Assembly (NCBI GenBank): GCA_963738405.1
Contig: CAVTWJ010000002.1
Location: forward strand, 136,575 to 200,574
From: a candidate division FCPU426 bacterium
GTDB taxonomy: Bacteria; Oederibacteriota; Muellerivitia; Muellerivitales; Muellerivitaceae
Direction: 5' to 3'
DNA: 64,000 nt
In this document: positions 1 through 11,805 of the stretch, one piece after another
Numbering within the stretch: the first letter of the stretch is position 1
Layout: each line of letters starts with the position of its first letter
Notes under the pieces: model-generated
The model's database searches: none
The model's input: only the letters and a program-made list of their open reading frames with translations
Told to the model about the DNA's origin: nothing
Translations under genes and position numbers: made by a program

Positions 1-2101
1 CCGGGTTGGGGGAAGCGAGAATCTCAAAAGCCGCCATGCGCATCTTGGTGGCCGCGTCAAGGGAGTGAAGCCGGTAAACCTTCCTCCCGGGCTCGCCCTT
101 GTATTCGTAGCAAGGCTTGTGCTCCGCGAGCAGGAACAATTTGGAAGTCGCCCCGGCTTTCACCAGCCCCTGCAGGGTCTCAAGAACGCTACGCTCAGCG
201 CCTCCCCGGGCCAAGGAAGGAAGCATGATATTGATATGGTGGGAATGGGTTATTTCGGGGGTTACCGGCTGGCGCACCTCGCCGCTCAGGGATTGGACCG
301 GCATGGGAGGCATTTCAAAAATCGGAGCGGGAAGCGGCGGATTATTTTCATCTTCCGGGCCGGCCGGATCTTCCGTCAGACCATATTCGGCGTAAAGACG
401 GCCCAGGGTCGACTCGGCGGGCACCGAATCTTTGTTAGGAGGTTCCTCCACACATTGCACGCCCCGGTATTTTCCCCCATCCAACTGCAGGGTGCGCCAC
501 ATCTCGTTGATCCAATGGATACCGTGCCACTCTTCAGGGATCGGCTCTTCCCTTTCAATGAAGGGCAGGATGATCTTTTCCCAGCGGTCCTCGTTGCAAA
601 TACCCTTCAGAATGAAACGCTCCAGCTTCAGTTTTTTCACGTTTCTTGAAAGCACCCGATTGGGCATCAGCCAGGGGCTTTTCTCGTCGGCTTCCTTCTC
701 GACCTGATCGTAGGTCATCTTCATCAAGGGGCTTCCCGCGGGGCATTTCATGATGTTGCCCACCACCCCCACCCGGTGGGGCCGAAAAAGGTACTCGCCC
801 TTGAAATTCAAGGGCTTCAGGCAGGTCACATCCATATCCACCCAGGTCCCGCCCTTCATATAAAGGAGCTTGTAGCGGAAAAGATCCGAAAAGGGCGCGC
901 CGACGCTTCCCTTTCCCACCCCGGTCTCGGGGTCGATGTCTTTTTTTCTGAAAATCTTCTCTCGGGGAATAATTTCTGACGCGTCCTCCAAGATCACTTC
1001 CTTGGGCAGGGGGGTTTCCAAATCGTCATAGAGCCAAAGGTGAAACTCATGGCCGTGGCGGATAAAGGAACGGACGGTGAGCTGTTCCAATTTGGAGAGG
1101 GTCTTTCCGATCCAAAGCCCGTGAACGACGCGGTTGTTCGGGCTCAAACGGCCCTTTCGCAGGGATTCCTTCCCGCTCGCCTCGTCCCCGCCCTCCTCGG
1201 CAAGGAGGGCCTCCGCCTCATCCCAATTTCTCCAGCCTCTCTTCTTCACCCCGCCATTGATGAAATGGATGAAATTCGGGGAGGGCTTCGTTCGATGGGG
1301 CCGCAGGCTGTAGGTCTCGTTGAAGGGAATATTCTTGCCCTGAAGGGATTGGCGGTTCTTGAGGGGCGTCCCCTCATAGCAATCCACGATGAAGTTGTAA
1401 TCCCGCGGAAGGGTCGGGGTCTTTTGAAGGCCCAATTTCCAAGCGGCCGCTACCAGGGTGCCCTGGTCACGGGTCTTCCAGTAGGGGTCGTCAAAAATGT
1501 TCCGGCTGTAGCGGTTCCAGAGGTCAAAAAAAGGTTTGGATTCCGGCTTAAACACAAAAACCCCGCCGTTCCAATGGGCCCAGCCCGGGTCCTTGACGGT
1601 CACCTTGAATTTTTTTTGGATCGCCTCAACCAGGTGATTGCATTGGGACTCGGCGCAGCCGCAGTCCACCGCGTAACGGCTAAAGGTGGGAAGCTGGTAG
1701 TGGTCGGGTGCGAAGGCAAAGGGGCCCTTCACGCGGGAGAAAATCGAATCGATGTCCTTATTCACCGCGATCACGTCATTATCCAGGTAACAGCCGGTGA
1801 GGTTCGGGCCATTGAGATAGTGGTGGATGCCGGTTTTAATCATGATGGCCATCTGATGGTCATCAAAACCCTCAATGCGGGCGACATGCACCAATTGGTC
1901 GTGGTTCACGGGCGCGCTGATCCCGCATCCCAGGATCACAATGTCCTTGCGCGTGTATTTTTTAAGAAATTCCAGCGAGGTGTTGACGCGGTCGGCGTGC
2001 TCATTGCCGCAGACCACATAAACATAGCTTTGGCGCGAAGGCTTGCGGCTTTTAGCACGGGAGGAAACGGTTTTAGGAGTCGGTTTTGACGGTATTCCCA
2101 T
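1..2101 (-). CDS. Multi-domain glycosyltransferase (GT8-like + GT32/DXD + start of GT4-like domain), runs off the left edge
   Basis: Manual translation from ATG at 2101 (RBS-like AGGGTGGA): MGIPSKPTPK...CYLDNDVIAV...HWNGGVFVF...SDLFRYKLLYMKGGTWVDMDVTCLKP...IMLPSLARGGAERSVLE. Absent from the ORF track, probably because no stop falls inside the window. The + ORFs 65..649 and 1040..2089 are its antisense shadows. Confidence 0.85.
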   Translation of the reverse strand, partial: MGIPSKPTPKTVSSRAKSRKPSRQSYVYVVCGNEHADRVNTSLEFLKKYTRKDIVILGCGISAPVNHDQLVHVARIEGFDDHQMAIMIKTGIHHYLNGPNLTGCYLDNDVIAVNKDIDSIFSRVKGPFAFAPDHYQLPTFSRYAVDCGCAESQCNHLVEAIQKKFKVTVKDPGWAHWNGGVFVFKPESKPFFDLWNRYSRNIFDDPYWKTRDQGTLVAAAWKLGLQKTPTLPRDYNFIVDCYEGTPLKNRQSLQGKNIPFNETYSLRPHRTKPSPNFIHFINGGVKKRGWRNWDEAEALLAEEGGDEASGKESLRKGRLSPNNRVVHGLWIGKTLSKLEQLTVRSFIRHGHEFHLWLYDDLETPLPKEVILEDASEIIPREKIFRKKDIDPETGVGKGSVGAPFSDLFRYKLLYMKGGTWVDMDVTCLKPLNFKGEYLFRPHRVGVVGNIMKCPAGSPLMKMTYDQVEKEADEKSPWLMPNRVLSRNVKKLKLERFILKGICNEDRWEKIILPFIEREEPIPEEWHGIHWINEMWRTLQLDGGKYRGVQCVEEPPNKDSVPAESTLGRLYAEYGLTEDPAGPEDENNPPLPAPIFEMPPMPVQSLSGEVRQPVTPEITHSHHINIMLPSLARGGAERSVLETLQGLVKAGATSKLFLLAEHKPCYEYKGEPGRKVYRLHSLDAATKMRMAAFEILASPNP

Positions 2102-2305
2102 TCCACCCTGTCTTTCAAGTTCAATGGCCCCTGGCCTGCTTCGGGAGGCGCCTAGTATAAGTGAGCGATTATTGGGGGAAGAAGGATAAATATCGGCCAG
2201 ACCCCTCACGAAGCCCTAAAGAACAAGGTTTTTTTATGGGCCCCGATTCATTAAACTCGGTTGGCGACATCCCTATTTCCATGAATCCAAAAAGGAATCC
2301 CCAAC

Positions 2306-4465
2306 TTGTCCCTCTCGGTTTTCAGCTACAAGCCCCCCCACGACGGGGCTATTGTGTATCTACAAGATGGAAAACTGGTCTTTTCCATCGAGGGCGAAAA
2401 GGACAACCACAAGCGCTATTCGGGCTTTGATTCCTTTTACCGCGCCATCAAGACCGCCGACCGCTATGACGTCAGGCCTGATGTCATCGCCTGGGGCGGC
2501 GGCTCCTCACCCCGCGACCCCGGGGACCTCTACCATGGCACCTCCAACGACATCATCGTGACCGAGAAAATCGACCTCTTCGGCCATAGCGTCTCCCTCT
2601 TTCGTTCAAGCCACGAGCGGGCCCATATCTTCTGTTCTTATGGCCTTTCACCCTTTCCCCAGGGCCAGCCGGTTTACGCCCTGGTTTGGGAAGGCGGCAT
2701 CGGTTCTTTCTACGAAATCGACGAAAAAATGAACATCCATAAGTTCGAGACCGTGTTGTCCGAACCGGGCCAACGTTACGCCCTTCCCTACACCCTGGCC
2801 AATCCCCGCTATTCCAAAACCAACCCCGCCTGGTTCAGGACCGGATCGGACGCCGGAAAAACCATGGCTCTTGCCGCCTATGGCGAGGTACTCCCTAAGG
2901 AAAAGCGGCGGGATTGGACAAAAGAAGTGGACGTCTTCATGAAATACAAGATGTCCTTCGAGGCCCCCGACCCCTTCCAACCCCAAAAACAAAAGAACGT
3001 GGAAGAACTGTTGGAGCAGGTGCAGAAAATCGGGCTTGTGGATATCGGGGTGGAAACGGACGATTTTAAGGATTTCACCTATGCCCTGAGCAACCAAATA
3101 TTCGATGTCTTTTACAAGTTCGCCAGGGCCAACCTCACCAAGGGCTATCCCTTGATTATCAGCGGCGGCTGCGGTCTGAACTGTGATTGGAATACCCATT
3201 GGAAAGATAGCGGGATTTTCGCCGACATCTTCATTCCCCCTAACACCAACGACAGCGGGATCGCCCTCGGCATGGCCATCGACGCGCAAAGGCATTTCGT
3301 CGGGAACGCCAAGCTCGATTGGACAGTCTATAGCGGGGAAACCTTTATCGAGGACGCCTTCGAAACCCCCGGCTTTGACCAGCACGAGTTCAGCTTCGAC
3401 CAGGTGGCCTCTCTTTTGGAGCAGGGCAAGGTCTTGGGCTGGGTGGAAGGAAAATACGAAATCGGACCCCGAGCCCTCTGTCACCGCTCGCTCCTGGCCG
3501 CGCCCTTCAAGGCGGAAATGACCGAGCGTTTGAACAAGATCAAAAAACGCGAGAATTTTCGGCCCATCGCGCCCGTTTGCCTGGAAGAGGAGGTTTCGGA
3601 GCATTTCGATTGGCGCGGGCCCAGCCCCTTCATGCTGTTCTTCCAAAAGGTCAAGTCGCCCCGGCTTCAGGCGGTCACTCACATCAACGGCACCGCGCGG
3701 GTACAGACCGTGAACGAAAAAACCAACCCCCGCATGACGGAACTGCTCCGGGCCTTCAAGAAAAAAACGGGCTTCGGGGTCCTGTGCAACACTTCCCTTA
3801 ATTTTCCCGGCATGGGCTTCATCAACCGAATATCCGATTTGGTCCGCTACGCCCAAATATCAGGTTTGGACGGCTTTGTGGTAGAGGACCGGCTCTATCT
3901 GAAAAGGGTTCCAGTCCTGGAACAGTCGGAGGTCAAGGCCGCGCCCCAGCCCATCCGACCCTATCTGGATTTGACCCGTGAAATCACGGTTTTCCAGCTC
4001 AAAAATAAAATCGAGACCCACATCACGCCACAAGCCGTCACCCTCCATTTTGACGCCAAGACGGACATCTGTATCTTCAGCTGCCCCTCGAATGTCTTTC
4101 CCTTCGCCGCGCCCGGCGTGGTGGATTTAAGCAGCTATCATTTTTTCCGGTTCCAGGCCCTAATCCCCAAGGACCTTCAATTTTTCGTGACCCTCACCGA
4201 ATCCGGGGCCAACGCCCCCGAAAGCACGAATTTTCCGGGGGTGAATGGGGCCGATGGGGAGCGCTACGGCTTTCCCTTGATGCAGGGCGCGGGCGTGTGG
4301 CAAAGCTACCAGATCGACCTAGCCGCCAGGGAAAAATGGAAATATTGGGGTAACCAGCACGGGAACAATGTTTTGGACCTGCAGGGCCTTCGGTCGGTCG
4401 ATTTTTTCGTCAAGGGAAACCAACAAGGCGAGATCCAGTTAAAAGACTTAGAATTTCTTATTTAA
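2306..4465 (+). CDS. Carbamoyltransferase (NodU/CmcH family) with C-terminal carbohydrate-binding-like domain
   Basis: Motifs HDGA, SHERAH, SGGCGLNCDWN, PPNTNDSGIALG, EIGPRALCHRSLLA, RENFRPIAP, HINGTARVQTV, LCNTSLN; ~170-aa extra C-terminal beta-rich domain. Confidence 0.9.
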   Translation: MSLSVFSYKPPHDGAIVYLQDGKLVFSIEGEKDNHKRYSGFDSFYRAIKTADRYDVRPDVIAWGGGSSPRDPGDLYHGTSNDIIVTEKIDLFGHSVSLFRSSHERAHIFCSYGLSPFPQGQPVYALVWEGGIGSFYEIDEKMNIHKFETVLSEPGQRYALPYTLANPRYSKTNPAWFRTGSDAGKTMALAAYGEVLPKEKRRDWTKEVDVFMKYKMSFEAPDPFQPQKQKNVEELLEQVQKIGLVDIGVETDDFKDFTYALSNQIFDVFYKFARANLTKGYPLIISGGCGLNCDWNTHWKDSGIFADIFIPPNTNDSGIALGMAIDAQRHFVGNAKLDWTVYSGETFIEDAFETPGFDQHEFSFDQVASLLEQGKVLGWVEGKYEIGPRALCHRSLLAAPFKAEMTERLNKIKKRENFRPIAPVCLEEEVSEHFDWRGPSPFMLFFQKVKSPRLQAVTHINGTARVQTVNEKTNPRMTELLRAFKKKTGFGVLCNTSLNFPGMGFINRISDLVRYAQISGLDGFVVEDRLYLKRVPVLEQSEVKAAPQPIRPYLDLTREITVFQLKNKIETHITPQAVTLHFDAKTDICIFSCPSNVFPFAAPGVVDLSSYHFFRFQALIPKDLQFFVTLTESGANAPESTNFPGVNGADGERYGFPLMQGAGVWQSYQIDLAAREKWKYWGNQHGNNVLDLQGLRSVDFFVKGNQQGEIQLKDLEFLI

Positions 4466-4499
4466 TCAAGCCTCAAACCCGTTTAGATTTTTGGGAATG

Positions 4500-5135
4500 T
4501 CATTTGGAATCGGGATTGTATTTCGTCTTGTAGCCAGGATTGACATCGGGCCTCATGGCGTTAGGATAGTTTTCATCGGTGCGTATATCCACCGAGATCT
4601 CCTTGATCTTCTTAAAGACCTCATAGGGCTGGGGGATGGCCCTGAAATAGCTGACCACGGCGGTACCCCGGTTGGTCATCACCCCGGTGTTGAATCGAAT
4701 GCTCCCCACCCCGAAATGTTTCTCGATAGGCCCCACCGAAACCTCCAGGTTGGTAATCTTAGGATAATCGAAGGTTTTGATGTCGGTACCAATGGCGCCA
4801 GTTTTGATCATCAGTCTGCGGTTGGAATAAGCGTAAAAGGTTTTGGTGTGGGCCATCCAAAGCCAGCCCATGTAGAGCCAGCTGCCCCAGCAGGGGAAGG
4901 AGTGGAGGGCGAGAAAGGGGATCACGAACCAGCCGACTTCACTCTTGCTGCTCATGGAGGCAACAAGAAAAAACAAATCAAAACAACCCCAAAACAAGCC
5001 AAGGATCAAAAAGGGTATGCCGCTGAGCATGAAACAAACGGCGTTTGGCTTCCCAACCCAATAGAGGGTTTCGTTCTTGTCCCGAACCGACTCAAAAATT
5101 TCAGGCGCATAGTCGCCGCTTAGAACACCAGGCAT
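4500..5135 (-). CDS. Membrane protein with bacterial PH (bPH_2-like) domain
   Basis: Two TM segments followed by YAYSNRRLMIKTG...GVGSIRF; start reassigned to ATG 5135 (MPGVLSG). Confidence 0.7.
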   Translation of the reverse strand: MPGVLSGDYAPEIFESVRDKNETLYWVGKPNAVCFMLSGIPFLILGLFWGCFDLFFLVASMSSKSEVGWFVIPFLALHSFPCWGSWLYMGWLWMAHTKTFYAYSNRRLMIKTGAIGTDIKTFDYPKITNLEVSVGPIEKHFGVGSIRFNTGVMTNRGTAVVSYFRAIPQPYEVFKKIKEISVDIRTDENYPNAMRPDVNPGYKTKYNPDSK

Positions 5136-5143
5136 AGACACCT

Positions 5144-5464
5144 CTAGGGGTTTCGAGTTCCCGCAGCGGACCTTCCATTGTCTTGCGGCGGGGTAACCGC
5201 CGGAGCGGCATGGCGCTTGTGATGATGGGTCGACTTGGGGCAAGGCACGGGGGTGCCCTGAGGGTTGTAGCAAATCTGGGGCTGGCCGGAGGTGCCGCCG
5301 CCTGTCTGAAAAAAGTCCACATGGCCATAGGCGGTCGTGGTGGTTGCAGCCGGTGTTGGAGAAACGAAGGGGGTCGGCGTAAGGTCATCCGCACTTGATA
5401 TCATAGAAACCATCCCTACACTAAGGCTCAAACAACCCATCACGGCCAATGAACGAATTTTCAT
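5144..5464 (-). CDS. Small secreted Thr/Pro-rich hypothetical protein
   Basis: ATG 5464 with AGGGAG RBS; signal-peptide-like MKIRSLAVMGCLSLSVG; TPTP tract. Confidence 0.6.
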   Translation of the reverse strand: MKIRSLAVMGCLSLSVGMVSMISSADDLTPTPFVSPTPAATTTTAYGHVDFFQTGGGTSGQPQICYNPQGTPVPCPKSTHHHKRHAAPAVTPPQDNGRSAAGTRNP

Positions 5465-5529
5465 GGTTGGCTCCCTTTCAACTGAACGATGAACCATTTT
5501 ATCACTTCCTAGAAGGAAAAATGGTTGAA

Positions 5530-6060
5530 CTAGTTGGAAGGCGGCTGAAGGACGAGAAAAAAGGTTTCCACCGTAATCTGCACTAGATCCCCAAGGCATT
5601 CGGTTGAAACCAATAGTTCCATCCGTACCTTTCGGCCTTCCTCGTACCGTTCCAGGTGGGCCGGCACATGTTTTTGGGGCCGGCCCGTTTTCAAGGTGGT
5701 TTGGGCAGCCTTGCGGATAGCGCATTCCAGGCAGGCCGGGGTACCGCCGCACCGCTCCGGCATTTGGGAATTCAGACATCCCAAAAACTCGCCCCCTAAA
5801 AGCCCCGTAGGCGGGGAAGCCCCGCCGCACAGTTTTTTCAAACAGCTTTCGTTGCTGGCCAGCACGCGTAAATCCCGGTCCACCAGCAGCACCGGAAACT
5901 CCACCGCTTGCTGAAACTTTTCGAGTTCTTCTCCCTTTAATTTGCTTCGAAAGGATTCCTGACATTTGGGACAGACGTCATAGGCAGGGTGACTTGTCCC
6001 GCTACCTTTCCTCAGAAAAAGAACCTTCCCGCAATTGGAACAAAGGGTTTTGGTAGTCAT
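5530..6060 (-). CDS. Cys-rich stand-alone PAS-like protein with N-terminal Zn ribbon
   Basis: CSNC...CPKC, then PVLLVDRDLRVLASN (PAS-like) and GC-x8-C-x5-CxxC. Confidence 0.65.
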   Translation of the reverse strand: MTTKTLCSNCGKVLFLRKGSGTSHPAYDVCPKCQESFRSKLKGEELEKFQQAVEFPVLLVDRDLRVLASNESCLKKLCGGASPPTGLLGGEFLGCLNSQMPERCGGTPACLECAIRKAAQTTLKTGRPQKHVPAHLERYEEGRKVRMELLVSTECLGDLVQITVETFFLVLQPPSN

Positions 6061-6188
6061 TCCAAGCTCCGATCTTCAAAAGGAAGAGAAAAGGGCTGGG
6101 GAAAGCATAGACTCTGGCAGGCAGTGGGGATATCAACCCAGGGGATGGAAAAAGTCTACAATGAGCAAAAGGAATTCAGGAGACAACA

Positions 6189-6545
6189 ATGGCCGAATGG
6201 CTCTTCAACAGCAAAGGGGTTCCTTCCCTGATCTTGGATGGAACCATGGTGCGCGACCAGCGGGGTTATGTGATCGGGTGGATCAACGGGCCCAACATCT
6301 ATTCATCCCACGGAGCGCATATCGGCTGGTTCGAGGGGGGAGTGATGTACGACATCGACAATTGCCCGCTCCTCTTTTGCCGCAACCACTCCAGCTACCT
6401 GCCCACCAAGCCCGGTCTCACCGGCACTTCGTCTATGCCTGGCTTCGCCAGCCCCATGGGTAAACCGGGCTTCCAGGGTGCCCACATCCGCCCCGGCCTC
6501 GCCCAGCGATGGAGCGGGTCTGACCCCTTGAGTTATTTTAAATAA
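6189..6545 (+). CDS. 4-fold beta-flower-like protein
   Basis: GGAGA RBS; repeated [IV]YxxxGx[HY]IGW motifs. Confidence 0.6.
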   Translation: MAEWLFNSKGVPSLILDGTMVRDQRGYVIGWINGPNIYSSHGAHIGWFEGGVMYDIDNCPLLFCRNHSSYLPTKPGLTGTSSMPGFASPMGKPGFQGAHIRPGLAQRWSGSDPLSYFK

Positions 6546-7436
6546 TCAGTTCTTCTTCCAAACCGGCTTCAGGGTCTTGCCCGGCGCCGAAAGCAGGTCA
6601 CCGCTCTTGCCCGCCCCCTTAAAGTCTTTCTTGATTTGAACAAATATTTTTTTGGCTTTCGAACTTAAGGACGCGAACCACTTTTGGCCGGCCAGATCGG
6701 TGAGTTGGTTCTTTTGGGCCCATCCGCTTTCTTCCAACGCCGATTCGGCCTTTTCCTTGTTCCCCTTCAAGAGCCAGTAGCGGAAAAGGTTGAAATTGGG
6801 GTACATCCGGCGCCCATCCCCTGCGGGATAGGCGTTGACCGCCAGGTTAAACAGAGGGAAGGAATCCTCCAGCGAAGCGGGGTCGGTCAGGCCTTTCTCC
6901 AAAAGCAGGCATCCCACCCGGTCGTAAAAGTCGCCGGACTTGAACTGGCTGAATTTCACCGCGTCCGATCGCAAAGGCTGCACCACGGTCAAGGCCTGGT
7001 CCAATTCCCCCTCCCGGTCCAACGAGTCCAGGTATTCAATGAGCACTCGCTCATCCCGGGGGTCCTGCTCATAAGAAGCCTTGAGATAGGGGATGGCGTC
7101 CTGGAAATAATTGTGCTGGTAGAGGAAATAGCCTCTTTCCAGCCCAAAAACCCTGGCGGAAATCTCGCGGTTGGTCTTCTCCATTTGCGCCGTCGCGTCG
7201 TTCAGGGCCTTCTGCCAGGAAAAGTAGGCGTAGACCGCCACAAGAATCACCACCACCGCGATGACCAGCCCCGTCATCTTTGCCTTGTTGACTTCCAACT
7301 TCACTTCATCGCGAAAAGTTCCGTATTGTTTGAAATGCTCTGTCTCAAGCTGCAGCCGGGTCAGCTCGGCCTGCAGCCGAGCGATCTCCTTCTCTTTTTC
7401 CATAAAGGCGATGACTTCTTTCGACAGTCGGGGCAT
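6546..7436 (-). CDS. Membrane-anchored TPR-like protein
   Basis: Coiled coil, single TM helix, then helical repeats (YFQDAIPYLKASYEQDP); AAGGAG RBS before ATG 7436. Confidence 0.6.
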   Translation of the reverse strand: MPRLSKEVIAFMEKEKEIARLQAELTRLQLETEHFKQYGTFRDEVKLEVNKAKMTGLVIAVVVILVAVYAYFSWQKALNDATAQMEKTNREISARVFGLERGYFLYQHNYFQDAIPYLKASYEQDPRDERVLIEYLDSLDREGELDQALTVVQPLRSDAVKFSQFKSGDFYDRVGCLLLEKGLTDPASLEDSFPLFNLAVNAYPAGDGRRMYPNFNLFRYWLLKGNKEKAESALEESGWAQKNQLTDLAGQKWFASLSSKAKKIFVQIKKDFKGAGKSGDLLSAPGKTLKPVWKKN

Positions 7437-7604
7437 GGGCTTTCTCCTTGGTAAATAGCAAAGCAAAATATCCGATAAGATAGCTCCATTGCTACACCTA
7501 ATAGGTTTCCCGCAAATTAAATGTGGAGATAAACCGGGAGGGTCTCACTCCCATACGTTACTTATCAGGCCACCCGTTAAACGCTCTCCCCTCCTAACCC
7601 CAAC

Positions 7605-7638
7605 AAAAAAGCCAAACCCCAAAGGGCTTGGCTTTTTT
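7605..7638. terminator. Intrinsic terminator
   Basis: AAAAAAGCCAA-ACCC-CAAA-GGGC-TTGGCTTTTTT hairpin with A/T tails, downstream of the 7673..7972 gene. Confidence 0.75.
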
Positions 7639-7672
7639 GTCGCCTTTTCTCATATCCGATGGCCACGGCTGG

Positions 7673-7972
7673 TTACATATGCTTGGCGGCCTTTTCCAAC
7701 CCGATCTGCACATCCTGGGCGGTCATCACCGGCTGAAGCTCCAGTTCGGCGCCCAGTTCCATGAAGAGGGGCTCGGCGATCATGGGCACGTCGCTGTTTT
7801 CCTTCATGTCGAAAAAGATGAACCCTGTGCGAAGGCCGTCGGACAGCGCGAAATAGGCGGCTTCCGGCTTCACCATATCCATCAATTTCATTAAGACCTT
7901 CGATATTTTTCCGCTCTTGATGGCCTCGTTCCCCAATTCGTTATCCATCGTAAATTTCAGCATCATTCTCAT
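7673..7972 (-). CDS. DUF3303-like small protein
   Basis: MRMMLKF...KPEAAYF...RTGFIFFD...AEPLF...PVMT pattern; GGGAG RBS. Confidence 0.65.
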   Translation of the reverse strand: MRMMLKFTMDNELGNEAIKSGKISKVLMKLMDMVKPEAAYFALSDGLRTGFIFFDMKENSDVPMIAEPLFMELGAELELQPVMTAQDVQIGLEKAAKHM

Positions 7973-8073
7973 AGCGCTCCCCTTTGATCGTGGTACAGAC
8001 AACGGAAAATTATAGGAAAGCACATTTAGGAATAGATATGCGGCGGGAAGTTAAATGGGAGTAAAACCCGCAG

Positions 8074-8466
8074 TCAAGCCGGACTGACCTGTACGGCCGC
8101 AGGCTGGGCGGTCATTCGGTTCAAAAAGGCGTTCAAGGCCGACTTTTGTTTTTCGTTCATGATCAAAAATTGTAATCCCGCGCCTTTAGGGGTCGTCCAA
8201 ACCACCTTGGCGAAAAGGCTCAAGGGAGCCGCGCCCGTTTCAAAGACCAGCTCAAATTGGGATAGGTAGCCCACTTCAAGGTGTTTTTCCAACTCGATTT
8301 GCATCCCATTCAAGCTTAAATCCACCGCCACCGCGTCCACCTTTTCATTCTGCCAATTACGCACACCCCGAACAACGACCCCGTCTTGTTCTAAACGCAC
8401 CAGCACGGGAATCTTGACCGAGAAACGTGTCTTTACTCTTTTATCGGCGGATTGGGGAATAGGCAT
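8074..8466 (-). CDS. PilZ domain protein
   Basis: KRxxxRF and DLSxxG c-di-GMP-binding motifs, AKVVW, GLQF. Confidence 0.85.
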   Translation of the reverse strand: MPIPQSADKRVKTRFSVKIPVLVRLEQDGVVVRGVRNWQNEKVDAVAVDLSLNGMQIELEKHLEVGYLSQFELVFETGAAPLSLFAKVVWTTPKGAGLQFLIMNEKQKSALNAFLNRMTAQPAAVQVSPA

Positions 8467-8580
8467 AAACACCTCCAAACTCAGTGGCTCAAATCAGATC
8501 AACAACGGGGTTTATTTTAAGGGCCCCGGAAAGGATGTCAGCCGGGTTTTGAAATCTTTATCGATTCTTTACCGCGAATT

Positions 8581-9216
8581 TTAAGGAAATTTAGGGTGGG
8601 AGGGATTCACTTGGGATGTTGGAGTGAGGACGGGTGTTGAAACCGCCTTGGCTATTTCAGCTGGAGTTTGGGACGGGGTGGCCGTTCCCTGTGGAACCGG
8701 CGGGATTGAGGTTGTGGGAGTCACTTTAAGAGGGATGGCCCCCGGTGTGCCGACAGTGGGTGTTACAGCCAAAGGGGTTGAGGTAGGTACCGGCGCGGCT
8801 GGCACCGGCTTTTCTTTGTAGGCCATTGTCTGAAAGTTAAATTGAACCCTCGCTTTGGTTGGAAAATAACTCACGCTGGCAATGGCCACCGTTTGGAACC
8901 GGTAGGTTTCAAACCACTGGGGTTGGCCGCCCTGAACTTGATGGTACCGGGATATCAACATATGGCGGAAAACACCCCCGTTTCTCATGCAAAACTTGGC
9001 CAGCCCCCCCTTTTCGGTGGGGAAGGTCACGGTGACATGGGGCCTGATCGTTCGGCTGTGGGTGTTGGCGTTGGAGACCTGAAAGGATAGCAGGGGCACC
9101 CCCAGCGTGTTGCCGTGGGAAAAATCCCTCCCCGGAAGGGTGAGATAGGCCACGTCGTCCGCCCAGCCAAGACCGCAGAGCAACAGTAAGAAACATATAA
9201 AGAAGCTTTTCTTCAT
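8581..9216 (-). CDS. Secreted protein with Pro/Thr-rich tail
   Basis: Signal peptide MKKSFFICFLLLLCGLGWA; PT-rich C-terminus. Confidence 0.65.
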   Translation of the reverse strand: MKKSFFICFLLLLCGLGWADDVAYLTLPGRDFSHGNTLGVPLLSFQVSNANTHSRTIRPHVTVTFPTEKGGLAKFCMRNGGVFRHMLISRYHQVQGGQPQWFETYRFQTVAIASVSYFPTKARVQFNFQTMAYKEKPVPAAPVPTSTPLAVTPTVGTPGAIPLKVTPTTSIPPVPQGTATPSQTPAEIAKAVSTPVLTPTSQVNPSHPKFP

Positions 9217-9339
9217 GGGAGGCGATTATATCAAATATGACCCTTGCCATACTTCGCCCAACTCCACTCCCCTAATCTATTCCCACGCGAGGCTTTAACA
9301 GGCGGTAAAAAATCCCGAAAACGGATTTTTGCATCTAAT

Positions 9340-10865
<1,526 letters not shown>

Positions 10866-10869
10866 CCCC

Positions 10870-11805
10870 ATGGGAAAAATATACCAAGACATCACTAAAA
10901 CAGTGGGGCGCACCCCGCTCGTTCGCCTTAACCGCGTCACCGAAGGCGCAAAGGCGCGGGTGCTGGCCAAGCTGGAGTTTTTTAATCCCCAATCGAGCGT
11001 AAAAGACCGCATCGGGGAAGCGATGATCACGGACGCCGAGTTGAGAGGCATCCTTAAAAAAGACACGGTGATTATTGAACCCACCAGCGGCAACACCGGG
11101 GTGGGACTCGCCTTTGTGGCGGCGGCCCGTGGTTACCGGCTGATTTTGGTCATGCCCGACACCATGAGCCTGGAACGCCGGCAGCTCATGCGCATCTTTG
11201 GCGCCGAGTTGGTCCTCACCGAAGGCGCCAAGGGCATGAAGGGCGCGATCGCGAAGGCGGAGGAATTATCCCAGCAGATGCCCAATAGCTGGATACCCCA
11301 GCAGTTCAACAACCCCGCAAATCCGGAGATTCACCGCCAAACCACCGCCGAGGAAATATGGAACGATACCGACGGTAAGGCGGACATCCTCATTTCGGGC
11401 GTAGGCACGGGGGGCACTTTGACCGGCGTGGCCGAAGTCATTAAAAAACGCAAACCCTCTTTCAAGGTTATCGCCGTGGAACCCGACGCTTCCCCAGTGT
11501 TATCGGGCGGCGAGCCCGGGCCCCATAAAATTCAGGGTATCGGCGCTGGGTTTGTGCCCAAGGTCCTCAACCGGGGCATGATCGATGAGGTCATCCGGGT
11601 CACCCAGGACCAGGCTGGCGAAACCGCCAGGGCCATGGCTAAAAAGGAAGGTATTTTAGTAGGTATCTCCGGTGGAGCGGCGGTTTGGGCCGCGCTTCAC
11701 GTGGCCCAGCGCCCTGAAAACCAGGGCAAAAACCTGGTGGTCATCATTCCCGACTCGGGCGAAAGGTATCTTTCCACCTGGCTCTATGAGGAGGCCAAAC
11801 AATGA
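10870..11805 (+). CDS. cysK: Cysteine synthase A
   Basis: [45 protein letters not shown]. Confidence 0.95.
   Translation: MGKIYQDITKTVGRTPLVRLNRVTEGAKARVLAKLEFFNPQSSVKDRIGEAMITDAELRGILKKDTVIIEPTSGNTGVGLAFVAAARGYRLILVMPDTMSLERRQLMRIFGAELVLTEGAKGMKGAIAKAEELSQQMPNSWIPQQFNNPANPEIHRQTTAEEIWNDTDGKADILISGVGTGGTLTGVAEVIKKRKPSFKVIAVEPDASPVLSGGEPGPHKIQGIGAGFVPKVLNRGMIDEVIRVTQDQAGETARAMAKKEGILVGISGGAAVWAALHVAQRPENQGKNLVVIIPDSGERYLSTWLYEEAKQ

Noticed and set aside
65..2089. + strand ORFs 65..649 and 1040..2089
   Set aside because: They are in-register antisense shadows of the minus-strand glycosyltransferase and have no motifs of their own.
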